Positions 38,702 to 48,792 of a stretch of 64,000 nt of DNA are shown here, in pieces; the first letter of the stretch is position 1, and each line of letters starts with the position of its first letter. A program made the position numbers and the translations under genes. This DNA is from a phage. The stretch lies in NCBI GenBank assembly GCA_024682255.1, contig GCA_024682255.1_4716.1; one strand, written 5' to 3'. The notes under the pieces are model-generated. The model ran no database searches, was not told the origin of the DNA, and saw only the letters and a list, made by a program, of their open reading frames with translations.

Positions 38702-40924
38702 TCAGTTGGTCTGAACCGGCAGCTTGATGTTTTCAGTGTAGACCTTACGCAGGTTCACAACGTTAATCAGACCCAGCAGCGGGCAGTTGTTAACGAAGCG
38801 GCAGCGCGGCTGAACCATGGTTTCTTTAGAAACCTGACCGTTACGGGTAACCTGAGCAACAGATACCAGTTCCGGTACATACAGGAACATACCGAAGGTC
38901 AGCGGATCCGGAGAACCCTGGATACCACGAGACAGGGTCACGAAGATCTTATCGCGCAGCATGACGTTCGGGTTATCTACAACCACGAAGTTGAAGCTTA
39001 CACCAACGGTACGGAAATCACCATCGGTCTGCAGGAACTGCGGGATGTAGTTGTCAGTTGCTACTACGCAACGCGGTTTCTCATCAGCGTTGGAAGACAG
39101 CAGCTGCAGAGCTGGCTGATAACCAGACTCGGAGTACATGCGGTATGCCATTTCACGAATCACGTTCATGATCGCAGCAGACACTTCAGCACGACGTTCT
39201 GCAGTGGTGGTACCCTGAACAGATTTCTCCAGGTCCAGATTGATTTCTTCGAACCACGGACGGATCAGGTAACGACCGAAACCTTCGATCTGGATGTCGC
39301 CGAACTGACGGAAGCGAGAGGTCGCAACCGCTTTCAGTGCGTCTTTGTAGCTGAACAGTTTCTCAACCATCAGGTTGTCGAAACGTGCGTTAGCAGCTTG
39401 GATCAGAACGTCCAGGTCAGCAGCGTTTTCTTCCCAATCCAGCGGACGAGGAATGGAGAACGGAGCCAGCAGGCCGATTGCGTAACGTTCTTGCTTCATG
39501 TTGAAGTCAAGGTGCTTACCACGCTCACGACGGTTGCTGTTGTTACGGCGGATACGCAGTTCGTAACCAACCAGTTTGAAGCTCAGGTCTTCAGCCAGTT
39601 GTTTGAACTCTTCGCTCTTACGCGGTTGTTCGATGTTGTCCTGATCAACCAGGCGATACAGTTCAGCGTTAGCGCCGTTAACACGCAGACCGGCTTTCTC
39701 TACGTTGGAAGAACCGTAAACTTCGATTGCCAGCTGAGCAGCGGATTTCGCATCGATGATGTCCTGCAGCGCTTCGGCTTTCGCGCCTTTAACGTCAACG
39801 GTGTTCTCATCAACGAAGATGGAGTGGGTGTCGAACGCCAGGGTCATTTTGCGGAAGTCGCCTTCCAGGGATTTCTGGAAACCGTTGGTGATCAGACCAG
39901 ATACGTCGAACGGTACGTAAGAGGTTTTGCTGTGCTTGGTAGATTTGATTTCCACCAGGATTTTGGTCAGCGTGATCTGGGCGTCCAGTGCGTCGGTGTT
40001 GTCGCTGTAACCGTTAGCCAGGATGCTATCGTCTTCAGCAATACCGATCATGTCGATCAGTTTATCAACAGCCAGGTAAGACGTTTTATAAGTTACGCCT
40101 TTAATTTCGATGTCACGCGGAGCAACGATAGTTTTGTCAACGAAGTACTGTGCGTTAGCATCGTCAGCACGATAGATCGGATGCAGATCGGTCACGTCGT
40201 TGGACAGAACGTCGTTGTACATGAACGCATCCAGCAGCGGACGACGTACCCAATCAGCCGGAGTACCGTCAGCGTTACGACGCAGGTGGTTGAACACCAG
40301 CGGACGACGGAAAGATACGTCGTAACCGATCTGGTTCGGAGCCAGAACGATGGTGTTATACAGTTCGTTACCCATGCGGCTCAGACGAGAAGCCTTCACG
40401 TTGAACACAACGGAGTACGGCATCATGTCACGCAGTTCTTTCTGGTCGTAGGACAGCTGAACCAGTTCTTCAGATTCGCAACCGCAGGAATCAGCAGCCA
40501 TCATGACGAAGTTAGAGCTGTCAACTTCACGGCCAGACGGAGTGGTGCTGATGTTCATGGAACGTGCTTGTTTAGCATATTCCACCGGGTTACCATGAGC
40601 CAGCATGATCAGTGCTGCTGCACGAGCCTGCTGTGCGTTCATGGTGAACAGCTGTTCTTCAATACGCTGCTTCTCTTCCGGAGTGGTGGTTTCGAAGCCC
40701 AGCATGGACAGAACCGGTTCTTCGGCTTTACGGATGTCGCTGCTGAAGCTCTTAACATCCATTTCGTTAACCAGTTTGTCCATGGATTTGAAATCAACCT
40801 TAGAAGCAGATTCCATAGACAGGAAGGTGTTCTCCAGACCTTTGTCTGCTGGTTTGCTACCATTAGCGGTCAGGAACTGGCGAGTGGCCGCGACCTGTTG
40901 GCTAAGAAGGGTTTTATCATTCAT
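38702..40924 (-). CDS. putative major capsid protein (jumbo-phage type, ~740 aa)
   Basis: 740-aa ORF with conspicuous high-expression codon usage (CTG, CGT, CCG, GGT, AAC, TTC dominate) unlike neighbours; tandem hairpins downstream; size fits phiKZ-like major capsid proteins; no sequence search possible. Confidence 0.5.
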   Translation of the reverse strand: MNDKTLLSQQVAATRQFLTANGSKPADKGLENTFLSMESASKVDFKSMDKLVNEMDVKSFSSDIRKAEEPVLSMLGFETTTPEEKQRIEEQLFTMNAQQARAAALIMLAHGNPVEYAKQARSMNISTTPSGREVDSSNFVMMAADSCGCESEELVQLSYDQKELRDMMPYSVVFNVKASRLSRMGNELYNTIVLAPNQIGYDVSFRRPLVFNHLRRNADGTPADWVRRPLLDAFMYNDVLSNDVTDLHPIYRADDANAQYFVDKTIVAPRDIEIKGVTYKTSYLAVDKLIDMIGIAEDDSILANGYSDNTDALDAQITLTKILVEIKSTKHSKTSYVPFDVSGLITNGFQKSLEGDFRKMTLAFDTHSIFVDENTVDVKGAKAEALQDIIDAKSAAQLAIEVYGSSNVEKAGLRVNGANAELYRLVDQDNIEQPRKSEEFKQLAEDLSFKLVGYELRIRRNNSNRRERGKHLDFNMKQERYAIGLLAPFSIPRPLDWEENAADLDVLIQAANARFDNLMVEKLFSYKDALKAVATSRFRQFGDIQIEGFGRYLIRPWFEEINLDLEKSVQGTTTAERRAEVSAAIMNVIREMAYRMYSESGYQPALQLLSSNADEKPRCVVATDNYIPQFLQTDGDFRTVGVSFNFVVVDNPNVMLRDKIFVTLSRGIQGSPDPLTFGMFLYVPELVSVAQVTRNGQVSKETMVQPRCRFVNNCPLLGLINVVNLRKVYTENIKLPVQTN

Positions 40925-41073
40925 TGAAAGTATCCTTTACAGAATTAACTTATATAAGTCGGTCGATAGACCATAGCGTACACGCGTGCATGCGCCACTA
41001 TAGTATCAGTAAACACTTACCGTTATTGAGGTCGTGATACAACACTAAAAATGCCGCATAACTTTTCCCTACG

Positions 41074-41694
41074 TCACAAACGACGCAGGCGATAATGGAT
41101 GGAACGATTGGTGCAATATGAACGGAACAGCGGCAATTGCGCAACTTCCGCAAGACTCATATTAATTCGCAGGTGTTCAATAACGGCGCTGTAGTTATCA
41201 GCAATACGATCGCTCAATAACTCTTCTGCCAATAAAGGAAGACAATCGACAACAATCGCGATCACATCCTCATTAACATAACGCACCCGAACACTCAACG
41301 GACGTTTGTCTGGGCTGTAAGTTGGATCCGCCAAACGACGTTCAATATCACGCGGATAGCTCGTCAGTAAATGGTAATAACCATTGTCATAACGATTGAT
41401 GTACTCACACAGCACATCAACATTCTTCTCTGGCGGCAAACCTGTTTCGTCATAGTGATACGCAAACATACCACCAAGCAGGTTGTTAAGATGAACCGCA
41501 GGGTTCGCTTGTTCGTGTTCTTTCGTGATGAAGAAAGGCACGTTCTGGGCTGCGAAATAAAAACCTACATCATTGGGCGATAGTATGCCGAAAAGACTTT
41601 TAGGATCCAATAACACCTGTAAGTCGTCACGCGCATTTCGAATAATCGCGTGTTCTACCCAATTCGGAACGACGAGATATCGGAGTTCCTTCAT
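41074..41694 (-). CDS. hypothetical protein
   Basis: 206-aa ORF with AGAGG RBS; divergent from 41734..43344. Confidence 0.5.
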   Translation of the reverse strand: MKELRYLVVPNWVEHAIIRNARDDLQVLLDPKSLFGILSPNDVGFYFAAQNVPFFITKEHEQANPAVHLNNLLGGMFAYHYDETGLPPEKNVDVLCEYINRYDNGYYHLLTSYPRDIERRLADPTYSPDKRPLSVRVRYVNEDVIAIVVDCLPLLAEELLSDRIADNYSAVIEHLRINMSLAEVAQLPLFRSYCTNRSIHYRLRRL

Positions 41695-41733
41695 TATGAT
41701 TACCTCTTTGCAAGTATCGAAAGGATTGAGTCG

Positions 41734-43344
41734 ATGGACCCAAAACAGATAGCCATTAAGATTATTACGTTACTGTTTCGTAATGCACAATTGAACCATC
41801 CCGATCCCAGTACGATCGAACATGTTAAATCCGTCTTAGATAAAGTCGAACCCCCGAAAAACCATCTCGCTACAGACGTAGATAGAGAGGTTTTCAACAA
41901 CCTGATGAATACCATTCATTGGATGTTGGAACAACCATTATCGGAACCTTTCGATAAACAACAGTTGTTACAAAGGATACGTTTAGATTGCCTTGAACAA
42001 AGCAACCTTTACGAGATTCTTGCCGACGGACTGTACGATATCGAAGACGACGCTCATATCAGTAAGGTCTGTTCACTCTATTACAACGAATTACGTAATC
42101 TGATTACCCGTCGTCGTGTTTTCGAAACCTTTAGAAACACGTACATGGATATCAGTAACGGGCGACTTGGGGATAAAGAATTTTTCGATGCGATGGCGAA
42201 TTTGAAATTATCGCTAGACAGTATCGAAATGGATACCGAAAATCCCGAAGAGATGTCGTGTATGATTGACGGCTTTATCGCTGACAGTGAAGACGATATC
42301 GAGAAAGTTGAACGTATGTTCGTCAAAGCGATGGAACGTAACAGTCCTGAAGGTGGGTTTGTAACCGGCTGGCAAGGTTTTAATAAAATGTTGGGGTCGG
42401 TCGGCGTTTTACGTCGCGGTACCTTAGGACTGATTGGTGCAATGCAGCACCGGAACAAGTCAGGCGTGTTGTTAAAACTGTTCACACATCTGGCATTGTA
42501 CAATAAACCCCATTTCTTTTTTCCGGAGCGAGCAAAGAAAGCATTACTGATTCATTTGTCGACAGAAAACGAAGTGGAAGAAAACACGCTTCAGATATAC
42601 AAGAACATGCGAGAACAGGAAACGGGCGAATATGTCGATATTCGTAAGATTGACCCTCGCGAGGCATCACGTTATGTGTTGAAGGTGTTCAACGATGCGG
42701 GTTTCTCTGTTTGTATGCGTCGTGTTGATGGGATGAGTTATAAACAACTCGCTAATCTCATCGACCATTTCGAACGCATGGGTTATGAAGTCATGGCGTT
42801 GTTCATTGACTATCTGAAAATGTTCTCATCGGAAGGGTTGGATAGAAATGGGCCGACCGGCGCATGGCTCCAAGAACTCTTCAACAAAGTCCGTAACCTC
42901 TGCAGCGTTAAACGTATTTTAGGTATGACCGTACACCAGCTGTCATCCGATGCGAAGATGCGTGCACGTGATGGTAACGATGAAGAGTTCGTTGACCAGG
43001 TCGCAGGCTTAAGTTACTGGGATGGCTGTAAAGGGATTGACCGTGAGATTGACCTTGAAGTGATTGTTGATATCGTTAAGGAACCCGGCAAACGTCAAAG
43101 CTGGCAGGTCTTTGCATTAGGGAAAGACCGTCAACCGGATAACGGTTCAACGAAACCTGAAGACAAACATTTCGCGATGCCATTCCAAACCATCGGGATG
43201 CTTCCTGATGATTACGGTAAGAAAGCGGTATATTGCCGCAAGGTTGGCGGACAACCTGTCTCCGAGGGAGGTAAAGGTCCGTGGAACAAGTTCGATGAAA
43301 ACGCAGCACCGAGTAATGAATTACAATTTGATTTAGAATTTTAA
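41734..43344 (+). CDS. hypothetical protein with RecA/DnaB-like NTPase-type motifs (degenerate P-loop)
   Basis: Start re-assigned to ATG (MDPKQIAIKI) with AAGGA RBS because the ORF-track start overlaps the divergent gene; GTLGLIGAMQHRNKSG (P-loop-like but lacks the GK[ST] glycine), MALFIDYL (Walker-B-like), ILGMTVHQLSSDAK (helicase H3/H4-like). Confidence 0.45.
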   Translation: MDPKQIAIKIITLLFRNAQLNHPDPSTIEHVKSVLDKVEPPKNHLATDVDREVFNNLMNTIHWMLEQPLSEPFDKQQLLQRIRLDCLEQSNLYEILADGLYDIEDDAHISKVCSLYYNELRNLITRRRVFETFRNTYMDISNGRLGDKEFFDAMANLKLSLDSIEMDTENPEEMSCMIDGFIADSEDDIEKVERMFVKAMERNSPEGGFVTGWQGFNKMLGSVGVLRRGTLGLIGAMQHRNKSGVLLKLFTHLALYNKPHFFFPERAKKALLIHLSTENEVEENTLQIYKNMREQETGEYVDIRKIDPREASRYVLKVFNDAGFSVCMRRVDGMSYKQLANLIDHFERMGYEVMALFIDYLKMFSSEGLDRNGPTGAWLQELFNKVRNLCSVKRILGMTVHQLSSDAKMRARDGNDEEFVDQVAGLSYWDGCKGIDREIDLEVIVDIVKEPGKRQSWQVFALGKDRQPDNGSTKPEDKHFAMPFQTIGMLPDDYGKKAVYCRKVGGQPVSEGGKGPWNKFDENAAPSNELQFDLEF

Positions 43345-43371
43345 ACGCAAAAAAAAAAAGATTGTACGGTT

Positions 43372-43403
43372 CCCTCCTCCAACCCGTAAGGGAAGGAGGA
43401 GGG
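43372..43403. terminator. conserved hairpin element (AACCC-GTAA-GGGAA) between convergent genes
   Basis: CCCTCCTCCAACCCGTAAGGGAAGGAGGAGGG; A11 tract upstream (T11 on minus strand); GTTATG downstream. Confidence 0.55.
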
Positions 43404-43419
43404 GTTATGACCGCTTTGA

Positions 43420-43746
43420 TTAACTTATTGTCATGAATTCATTAGGTGAAAATTTCCAGCCGTTCTCAGTGAGAAGCGTGTTGAGTTTCGCTGCAACGAT
43501 AAGCCATGCGTGCATGGCTGTTACATCGTATTGGCGGTTCACTCGACGTTGGTTTTCGATATTGATTTGCTCCTGTTCAGTGATGTTTGGATAAAGTGCG
43601 ATAGCGCTAGGTTTACCCAGCGCGCTAGTCATCACCGCCGTACATTCACTGATAATGTTGTTTAAGTGGTAGTTATACACCGTTCCACGCATGACGCGAT
43701 GACGGCATTCGATAATAGCGTCGTAAATGATTTCTCGAGTAATCAT
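43420..43746 (-). CDS. hypothetical protein
   Basis: 108-aa ORF. Confidence 0.45.
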   Translation of the reverse strand: MITREIIYDAIIECRHRVMRGTVYNYHLNNIISECTAVMTSALGKPSAIALYPNITEQEQINIENQRRVNRQYDVTAMHAWLIVAAKLNTLLTENGWKFSPNEFMTIS

Positions 43747-43752
43747 GATAAT

Positions 43753-44154
43753 TTAAAACATACGGTCGTTTTTAGCACGGGCGTTCATTACCAGATCGTA
43801 GATGCCTGCGGTTCGTAAGCACTCTTCGTAGTAACGATGTGCGCCTTCATCAGCCATCCATGATAACCCTCGGCTATCCGCAACAATAACCAGTTTATTA
43901 TTGTTGAACGCACACACCACACGGTAGGTCGCGTTGTTATTCGGATCGCGAGTGATAAGTTCGTAGACGCCGTTAACAGGTTTACTGAATTCACCGTTTA
44001 ACGGGATGAGTTCTGTAGTACCTTCAGCAAACGTTACGTTGATCGGTGATGGATCTTTGGCGATAACAGTATATTCCACATTGTGTTCTTCACTGGTCAT
44101 GATACCGAAGTAAGAACTCACAGGGGAACGTGGTACACTAAGAATATTAAACAT
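43753..44154 (-). CDS. hypothetical protein
   Basis: 133-aa ORF with AAGAGGA RBS; begins MFN like the upstream gene. Confidence 0.45.
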   Translation of the reverse strand: MFNILSVPRSPVSSYFGIMTSEEHNVEYTVIAKDPSPINVTFAEGTTELIPLNGEFSKPVNGVYELITRDPNNNATYRVVCAFNNNKLVIVADSRGLSWMADEGAHRYYEECLRTAGIYDLVMNARAKNDRMF

Positions 44155-44223
44155 AGATGTTGTCCTCTTAATTGGATTTAGATTGTTGAGTATGTGATTG
44201 GAAATGAAAACGTTGTTTCGGTT

Positions 44224-44793
44224 TTAGACGATGAGTGACCAGGTGGTAAGCACCCCGCTTGCGAATTCGAGCTTAAGACGTTTACCGATAAGTTGTTGTT
44301 GGATCATCTTCTCGGTGATACGTCGATCATGCTGAACCGCTTTATCAAACGCTTCTTTCGCTTCAGCTTGGTAGAAGTTCGTTTCTTCGTTTTCGTCGAT
44401 CTCTTCGAGAGCATCATCGTCGATGTCAGCAAGTTTCACTCGACCGTTTTCATCAGGTTGTTCTGCAGGTTCATTGTCATACGGCGTGTCTTTTGTTGGT
44501 GCGACACGATGTTGCAACTCGACCTGTGTTAACATGATCTCCATCTCACCATCGATAGGAATGATTTCATCGGCGCTGCCGTTTTCGGTCAGCTCTCGAC
44601 TTTCCAGTAATGTCGTCGTAACAGAGAACACCTCTTCAACAGGAACCTCATCATCGTCGATGGTGTTAACCGTGTTGCTGGTAACTTCGGCAACGACCAT
44701 CAAATCAAATGCGTGAGGATCGCCTGGCATTTTGATTCCTGGAAGTTTGTTGAGGTACCAAGGATCAAGAATCATGATTTCTGGATTAAACAT
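44224..44793 (-). CDS. hypothetical acidic protein
   Basis: 189-aa ORF, D/E-rich. Confidence 0.45.
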   Translation of the reverse strand: MFNPEIMILDPWYLNKLPGIKMPGDPHAFDLMVVAEVTSNTVNTIDDDEVPVEEVFSVTTTLLESRELTENGSADEIIPIDGEMEIMLTQVELQHRVAPTKDTPYDNEPAEQPDENGRVKLADIDDDALEEIDENEETNFYQAEAKEAFDKAVQHDRRITEKMIQQQLIGKRLKLEFASGVLTTWSLIV

Positions 44794-44869
44794 CGTATTT
44801 TACCTTTCTATGTTAGGTGGATTGCGGATAGAAGAATCAATGCATAAACTAATTTAAGTTTGTTAAGGT

Positions 44870-45772
44870 TTACTTAGTCTTCGAGTTACAAGGACTGACA
44901 TGTTGTTGTACTCGTTGAATTGTATCGTAGTACGGGTTAGATTGGTTGAACATGTTGTTGTGTGGATGATAGCCGTATGGTGCATTTTGCCTTGTTGATG
45001 AGAAACCTTGTTGAGAAGGACGATTTGAATTAACCGCGAGTACGTAGTAAACCAAATTTTGACGGTCGAACGTTCCTTCGTTTTTGAAGGTGTCGGCGTA
45101 GGCTTTTACCGCTGGAGCGAGCCTATCACCATCAGCGGTAATAATTGTACCGTCTGGGTAAACTTCACGAACGACGCACCATGTTCCGATAAGAACGTCT
45201 TTGGGTGGCGTATTGCCGTATCCGGTTGTAACGGTAAGGTAAGTATCGAACCCTTCAGAACAACAAGGATGACGATAGATAGGTCCTGTCATTTCCGTTC
45301 TATCGGTATCATCGCATTTCTCTATTGAGAACGATGATGTGTCGGTTTTGAAATTGTCAAATTCTTTCTTTAAGTCGATTACAGGTTCTTTCGTATAGTA
45401 CTTCTTGATTGCTTTGACGTAAAGATCAGGAACGGTTGTCAGCATTCCGTTATACCTGATTCTCAGGTTTTCGAGTAATCCAAAGATGCTCGCGCATGCC
45501 TGTTCGCGAGGTTTTGTAAGATAAGAGATCCCCCCAGGAACGCTGGGATCTTTGAGAAAGAAGATTGCGTTATTGTCGTTGTGTGACACATTAAAGAAAA
45601 CGATTGATTCGATATATACGGAGCATAGGCTATCGTTGGCGTCGTCAGATAACACCCAGATGCACTCATCGGTCGTCTTGTTTAAAAGTTCTGTTTTGTC
45701 CACCAAACGTTGTTTCATTGCGAGGAAATGTGCCTGTTGTTCAGCGGATAATTCACGATAAATAGTGGTCAT
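44870..45772 (-). CDS. hypothetical protein (paralog of 45858..46632)
   Basis: 300 aa with AAGGAG RBS; shared segment PIYRHPCCSEGFDTYLTVTTG...REVYPDGTIIT vs PIYIHPECHTTYDRYLTITGG...REIYPDGRIVT. Confidence 0.5.
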   Translation of the reverse strand: MTTIYRELSAEQQAHFLAMKQRLVDKTELLNKTTDECIWVLSDDANDSLCSVYIESIVFFNVSHNDNNAIFFLKDPSVPGGISYLTKPREQACASIFGLLENLRIRYNGMLTTVPDLYVKAIKKYYTKEPVIDLKKEFDNFKTDTSSFSIEKCDDTDRTEMTGPIYRHPCCSEGFDTYLTVTTGYGNTPPKDVLIGTWCVVREVYPDGTIITADGDRLAPAVKAYADTFKNEGTFDRQNLVYYVLAVNSNRPSQQGFSSTRQNAPYGYHPHNNMFNQSNPYYDTIQRVQQHVSPCNSKTK

Positions 45773-45857
45773 GCTCGGCTCCTTGATTACGATAAGGATG
45801 ATTGTGGTTTTGTGATGCTGGTAGGGCTCCTTTGTTTAGGGCCCTACCAATATTGGG

Positions 45858-46632
45858 TTACTCAGGATCGGCGTAGAAATGATGGGGATAGCCGGAGTAC
45901 GATCCTGCGTTACCAGTTATGAATTCTTTCTGGGAATCGACGACGAGTGCGTAGAACTGTCGGGAATTTGTTAGCGTTGAGAAATAAGCGGAAAGGACTT
46001 TTTCATTCAACGCATCGCAAGGTAGACAGGTGCGCCCGCAAAACGTAACGATACGGCCGTCAGGATAGATCTCACGAATCATTCTCCACTCACCGATATC
46101 CACTGGTGATGGCGCTGCTACACCACCTGTTATCGTTAAGTAACGATCGTACGTGGTATGGCATTCAGGATGAATATAGATCGGCTTGTTCGTTTCGACA
46201 GGTTCCGAAGTATCTCGACGACTAAGGAGTTCAACAACTTCAAGATAAATCGTTGGTAGATCGCGGAGAATACCGGTGTTACGACGTTTCTTTGTGATTC
46301 GCGGACGAATCTCGTTAAGAGCGTATTCGAGCTTACGTTCAGCTTCGTACGCATCGAGTTTTATTAGGTGGCCCGGTTCATCGGAATGATCCTGAGTTAT
46401 GTAAACGAAATACGTGTTGTCTTTTGCAGCGCGAAAGATTCGAGCGACCTTAAATGTTTCTACAGTGCGATAACCAAGGCGCGATTGATTTTCCACAGGA
46501 GAAAATATCCAATGTCGTCCTTCGTCCGCCCCAACAATTTCGTTGAAACTATCCGTTTGTTCTGGGACCTGGTAGTCAGCCATTAATGTATCAAGAGCGT
46601 CGTCAGCCAGTTTGGTGTAAATATCTGTCATG
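45858..46632 (-). CDS. hypothetical protein (paralog of 44870..45772)
   Basis: Start re-assigned to ATG (MTDIYTKL) with GAGGATAC RBS; the ORF-track N-terminus would read through the conserved hairpin. Confidence 0.5.
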
Positions 46633-46735
46633 TTTGTATCCTCGGTTGTTAAGAGAAATTTACAATGATAACAGTAACCGTTGTTATCACCTAGGTAATG
46701 TAGTCGCGAAATAAACTGGATTAGACAGCATAGAA

Positions 46736-46767
46736 CCCTCTCCCAACCCGTAAGGGAAGGGAGAGGG
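46736..46767 (-). terminator. conserved hairpin element (AACCC-GTAA-GGGAA)
   Basis: CCCTCTCCCAACCCGTAAGGGAAGGGAGAGGG flanked by GCATAGAA and AATATAT; 16-nt motif TCACCTAGGTAATGTA lies ~35 nt away. Confidence 0.55.
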
Positions 46768-46773
46768 AATATA

Positions 46774-47406
46774 TCACCAATGATCGAAGGAACCAGGAGT
46801 GTTACGAACGATCTCAACTTGGAAGGTTATTGGTGTTGATGGCAATGAAACATATTCGCGTTGCGATAGCGGGACGTTGTCTTCTCGCTCATCGATGCGA
46901 GCGGAACCTGTCAGAAATTGGAACATAGCGACTTGAAGCTCATCGGTGAAACGGAGGTACTCACCGATGTGTGGTGTTGCATCATATCGAATAAGTACGT
47001 TGCCAAACCGTCGTGCGATATTTGGAGTATCTGTGAACGAAACAGGGAAATCCAAAGTCATTCCCATCGTTTCACCCGGCTTCATTTTCCGAATCGACGC
47101 AATTGGCACGTCGAAGATATTCCATTCTTCTTTCATCGTGTCTGGAAACACACCGCGATACAAGATGGTCTTTTGATGACGATGAACGGGTTGTAAACGG
47201 TCAACCAATATTTTCAAAGGTTTAAGTTCTTCAGCCAACTCATAATCTGCTTGGATGTTCCACTTTGCCGCAAGTTCCATTAGGTTGGGATACGCGCTAT
47301 ATTTATTGACGATAGTCCAGTTAACATTACGCAAATCAATAGGAAGGAATTTGATAATTTCCTTGTTGAATATCCATTGGTTTAATTTCTTAATCTCCGA
47401 AAGCAT
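46774..47406 (-). CDS. hypothetical protein
   Basis: Start re-assigned to the first ATG after the upstream stop (MLSEIKK); ORF-track start overlapped the upstream gene by ~170 nt; weak RBS. Confidence 0.4.
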   Translation of the reverse strand: MLSEIKKLNQWIFNKEIIKFLPIDLRNVNWTIVNKYSAYPNLMELAAKWNIQADYELAEELKPLKILVDRLQPVHRHQKTILYRGVFPDTMKEEWNIFDVPIASIRKMKPGETMGMTLDFPVSFTDTPNIARRFGNVLIRYDATPHIGEYLRFTDELQVAMFQFLTGSARIDEREDNVPLSQREYVSLPSTPITFQVEIVRNTPGSFDHW

Positions 47407-47422
47407 GACGTACTCACTACAG

Positions 47423-48790
47423 CTAAACGGTTGGACGAACGGTGTTGTCTTTTTCTGGTGCAAGCCATAACGTGACCGTACCATGGCATGTCCACTGTGG
47501 TTCACGTACAGAAGAACCTGCCATCGTAACAGCACAATCGGTACGCATGATAACCCCGTATGCTTCGCAGAGATTGTTATCCTGCATCCACACAACTTTA
47601 GCAGGCATGCCGGGATACAACAAATCCATGTTTGCGTATTCCCACACCAACTGCATTGTTCTACCGCGTAATCCAGCAGTATTACTTAATTCACGCCATC
47701 GGTTATCGGTTACGCGTCCCATCCCTTTCGCCACCTTCACGTTATCGCTACGTTCTTCAGTTACGTACTCGCTAACGTTTACGGTACGACTGATTATCGT
47801 ATCACCCCCTTTTGATAATGTCATTCCCTGACTCATCTGACTTGCCGAAACAAAACGCCCGCCCGCATTACCTAACAACGAAGCCGCGTTATTGATGTCG
47901 CTTACCGACGCCCCTCTCGTACAGGCAATTTCCACGTATTTGTCACGATTGATCCAGGTCTTGTCCATGCCCGGAAACATATCGGCAGGATAGTTGTAAA
48001 AGATAGCCGTGCGCCGACCGTCAGAGAAACGGGTTTCGTCATAGAGAGGATAAATATACAGATACGGAGATTGGTAATAACAACCGACGTCCGCTGAATA
48101 AATACCGACCTGGTTCTGGATTTTATCTACGAGATCCATTGCGTTGGTACCATGCGGAAGAATAAGCAACTTGAACAGGTTGTCGTTATTCGGTGCAACA
48201 ATATCCACACCCTGCATTTTGAATCCGGTGTCGGCTTCAACCGCAGAAAGTATCTTGCTGAATTCGAGTCGTAACACATCCAGAACTTTCGACCCAGTAT
48301 AGTTTTCACCGGTTTCTGATTGCATGAAGCTTTCAAGAACAGGATCGAACAGTTGAAATTGAAGATCGACCATTTGTTCGTAGTCTTTCTTCGAAGAATC
48401 GGTTGCGGTACGTTCGTCGTTAGCAGACATACGACTGTCTACGGTTGTTAAACAAACCGCTCGGTAGACGTAAGCTTGCGCAGCATCGTCTACGGTTTGG
48501 CGTTGTCCACGCATCAGACTGTACGCCTGCACGATGATGCGCATTTTAAGTTGTTGTTGGTACGGTAGAATGTATTTTCCGTAACTGCCTGGCGGGAACT
48601 TTACAGAGATATAAAGTTCATCTCCTGCGTTACGTTCATAGTCTCGATACGTGTGGACTTGAGTCACTAAAGGAACAGACACCGTCATTGACGGCGTGAT
48701 TAATTCCGCGGTGACTTTATACGCAACAGCAACTGCTTCCTGCGCAAATGTACCGATATACCGTCCTAACGGCGTCTGTTTGTAATCCAT
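47423..48790 (-). CDS. hypothetical virion-type protein
   Basis: 455-aa ORF in long co-directional structural block. Confidence 0.55.
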   Translation of the reverse strand: MDYKQTPLGRYIGTFAQEAVAVAYKVTAELITPSMTVSVPLVTQVHTYRDYERNAGDELYISVKFPPGSYGKYILPYQQQLKMRIIVQAYSLMRGQRQTVDDAAQAYVYRAVCLTTVDSRMSANDERTATDSSKKDYEQMVDLQFQLFDPVLESFMQSETGENYTGSKVLDVLRLEFSKILSAVEADTGFKMQGVDIVAPNNDNLFKLLILPHGTNAMDLVDKIQNQVGIYSADVGCYYQSPYLYIYPLYDETRFSDGRRTAIFYNYPADMFPGMDKTWINRDKYVEIACTRGASVSDINNAASLLGNAGGRFVSASQMSQGMTLSKGGDTIISRTVNVSEYVTEERSDNVKVAKGMGRVTDNRWRELSNTAGLRGRTMQLVWEYANMDLLYPGMPAKVVWMQDNNLCEAYGVIMRTDCAVTMAGSSVREPQWTCHGTVTLWLAPEKDNTVRPTV

Positions 48791-48792
48791 GT

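Noticed and set aside
38627-40927. 766-aa plus-strand ORF, one of the longest in the track
   Set aside because: Exactly antisense to the putative capsid gene; its stop-free frame is a by-product of the extreme codon bias of the minus-strand gene; the translation is compositionally odd (V/F/R/H/Q/T-rich) and has no RBS.
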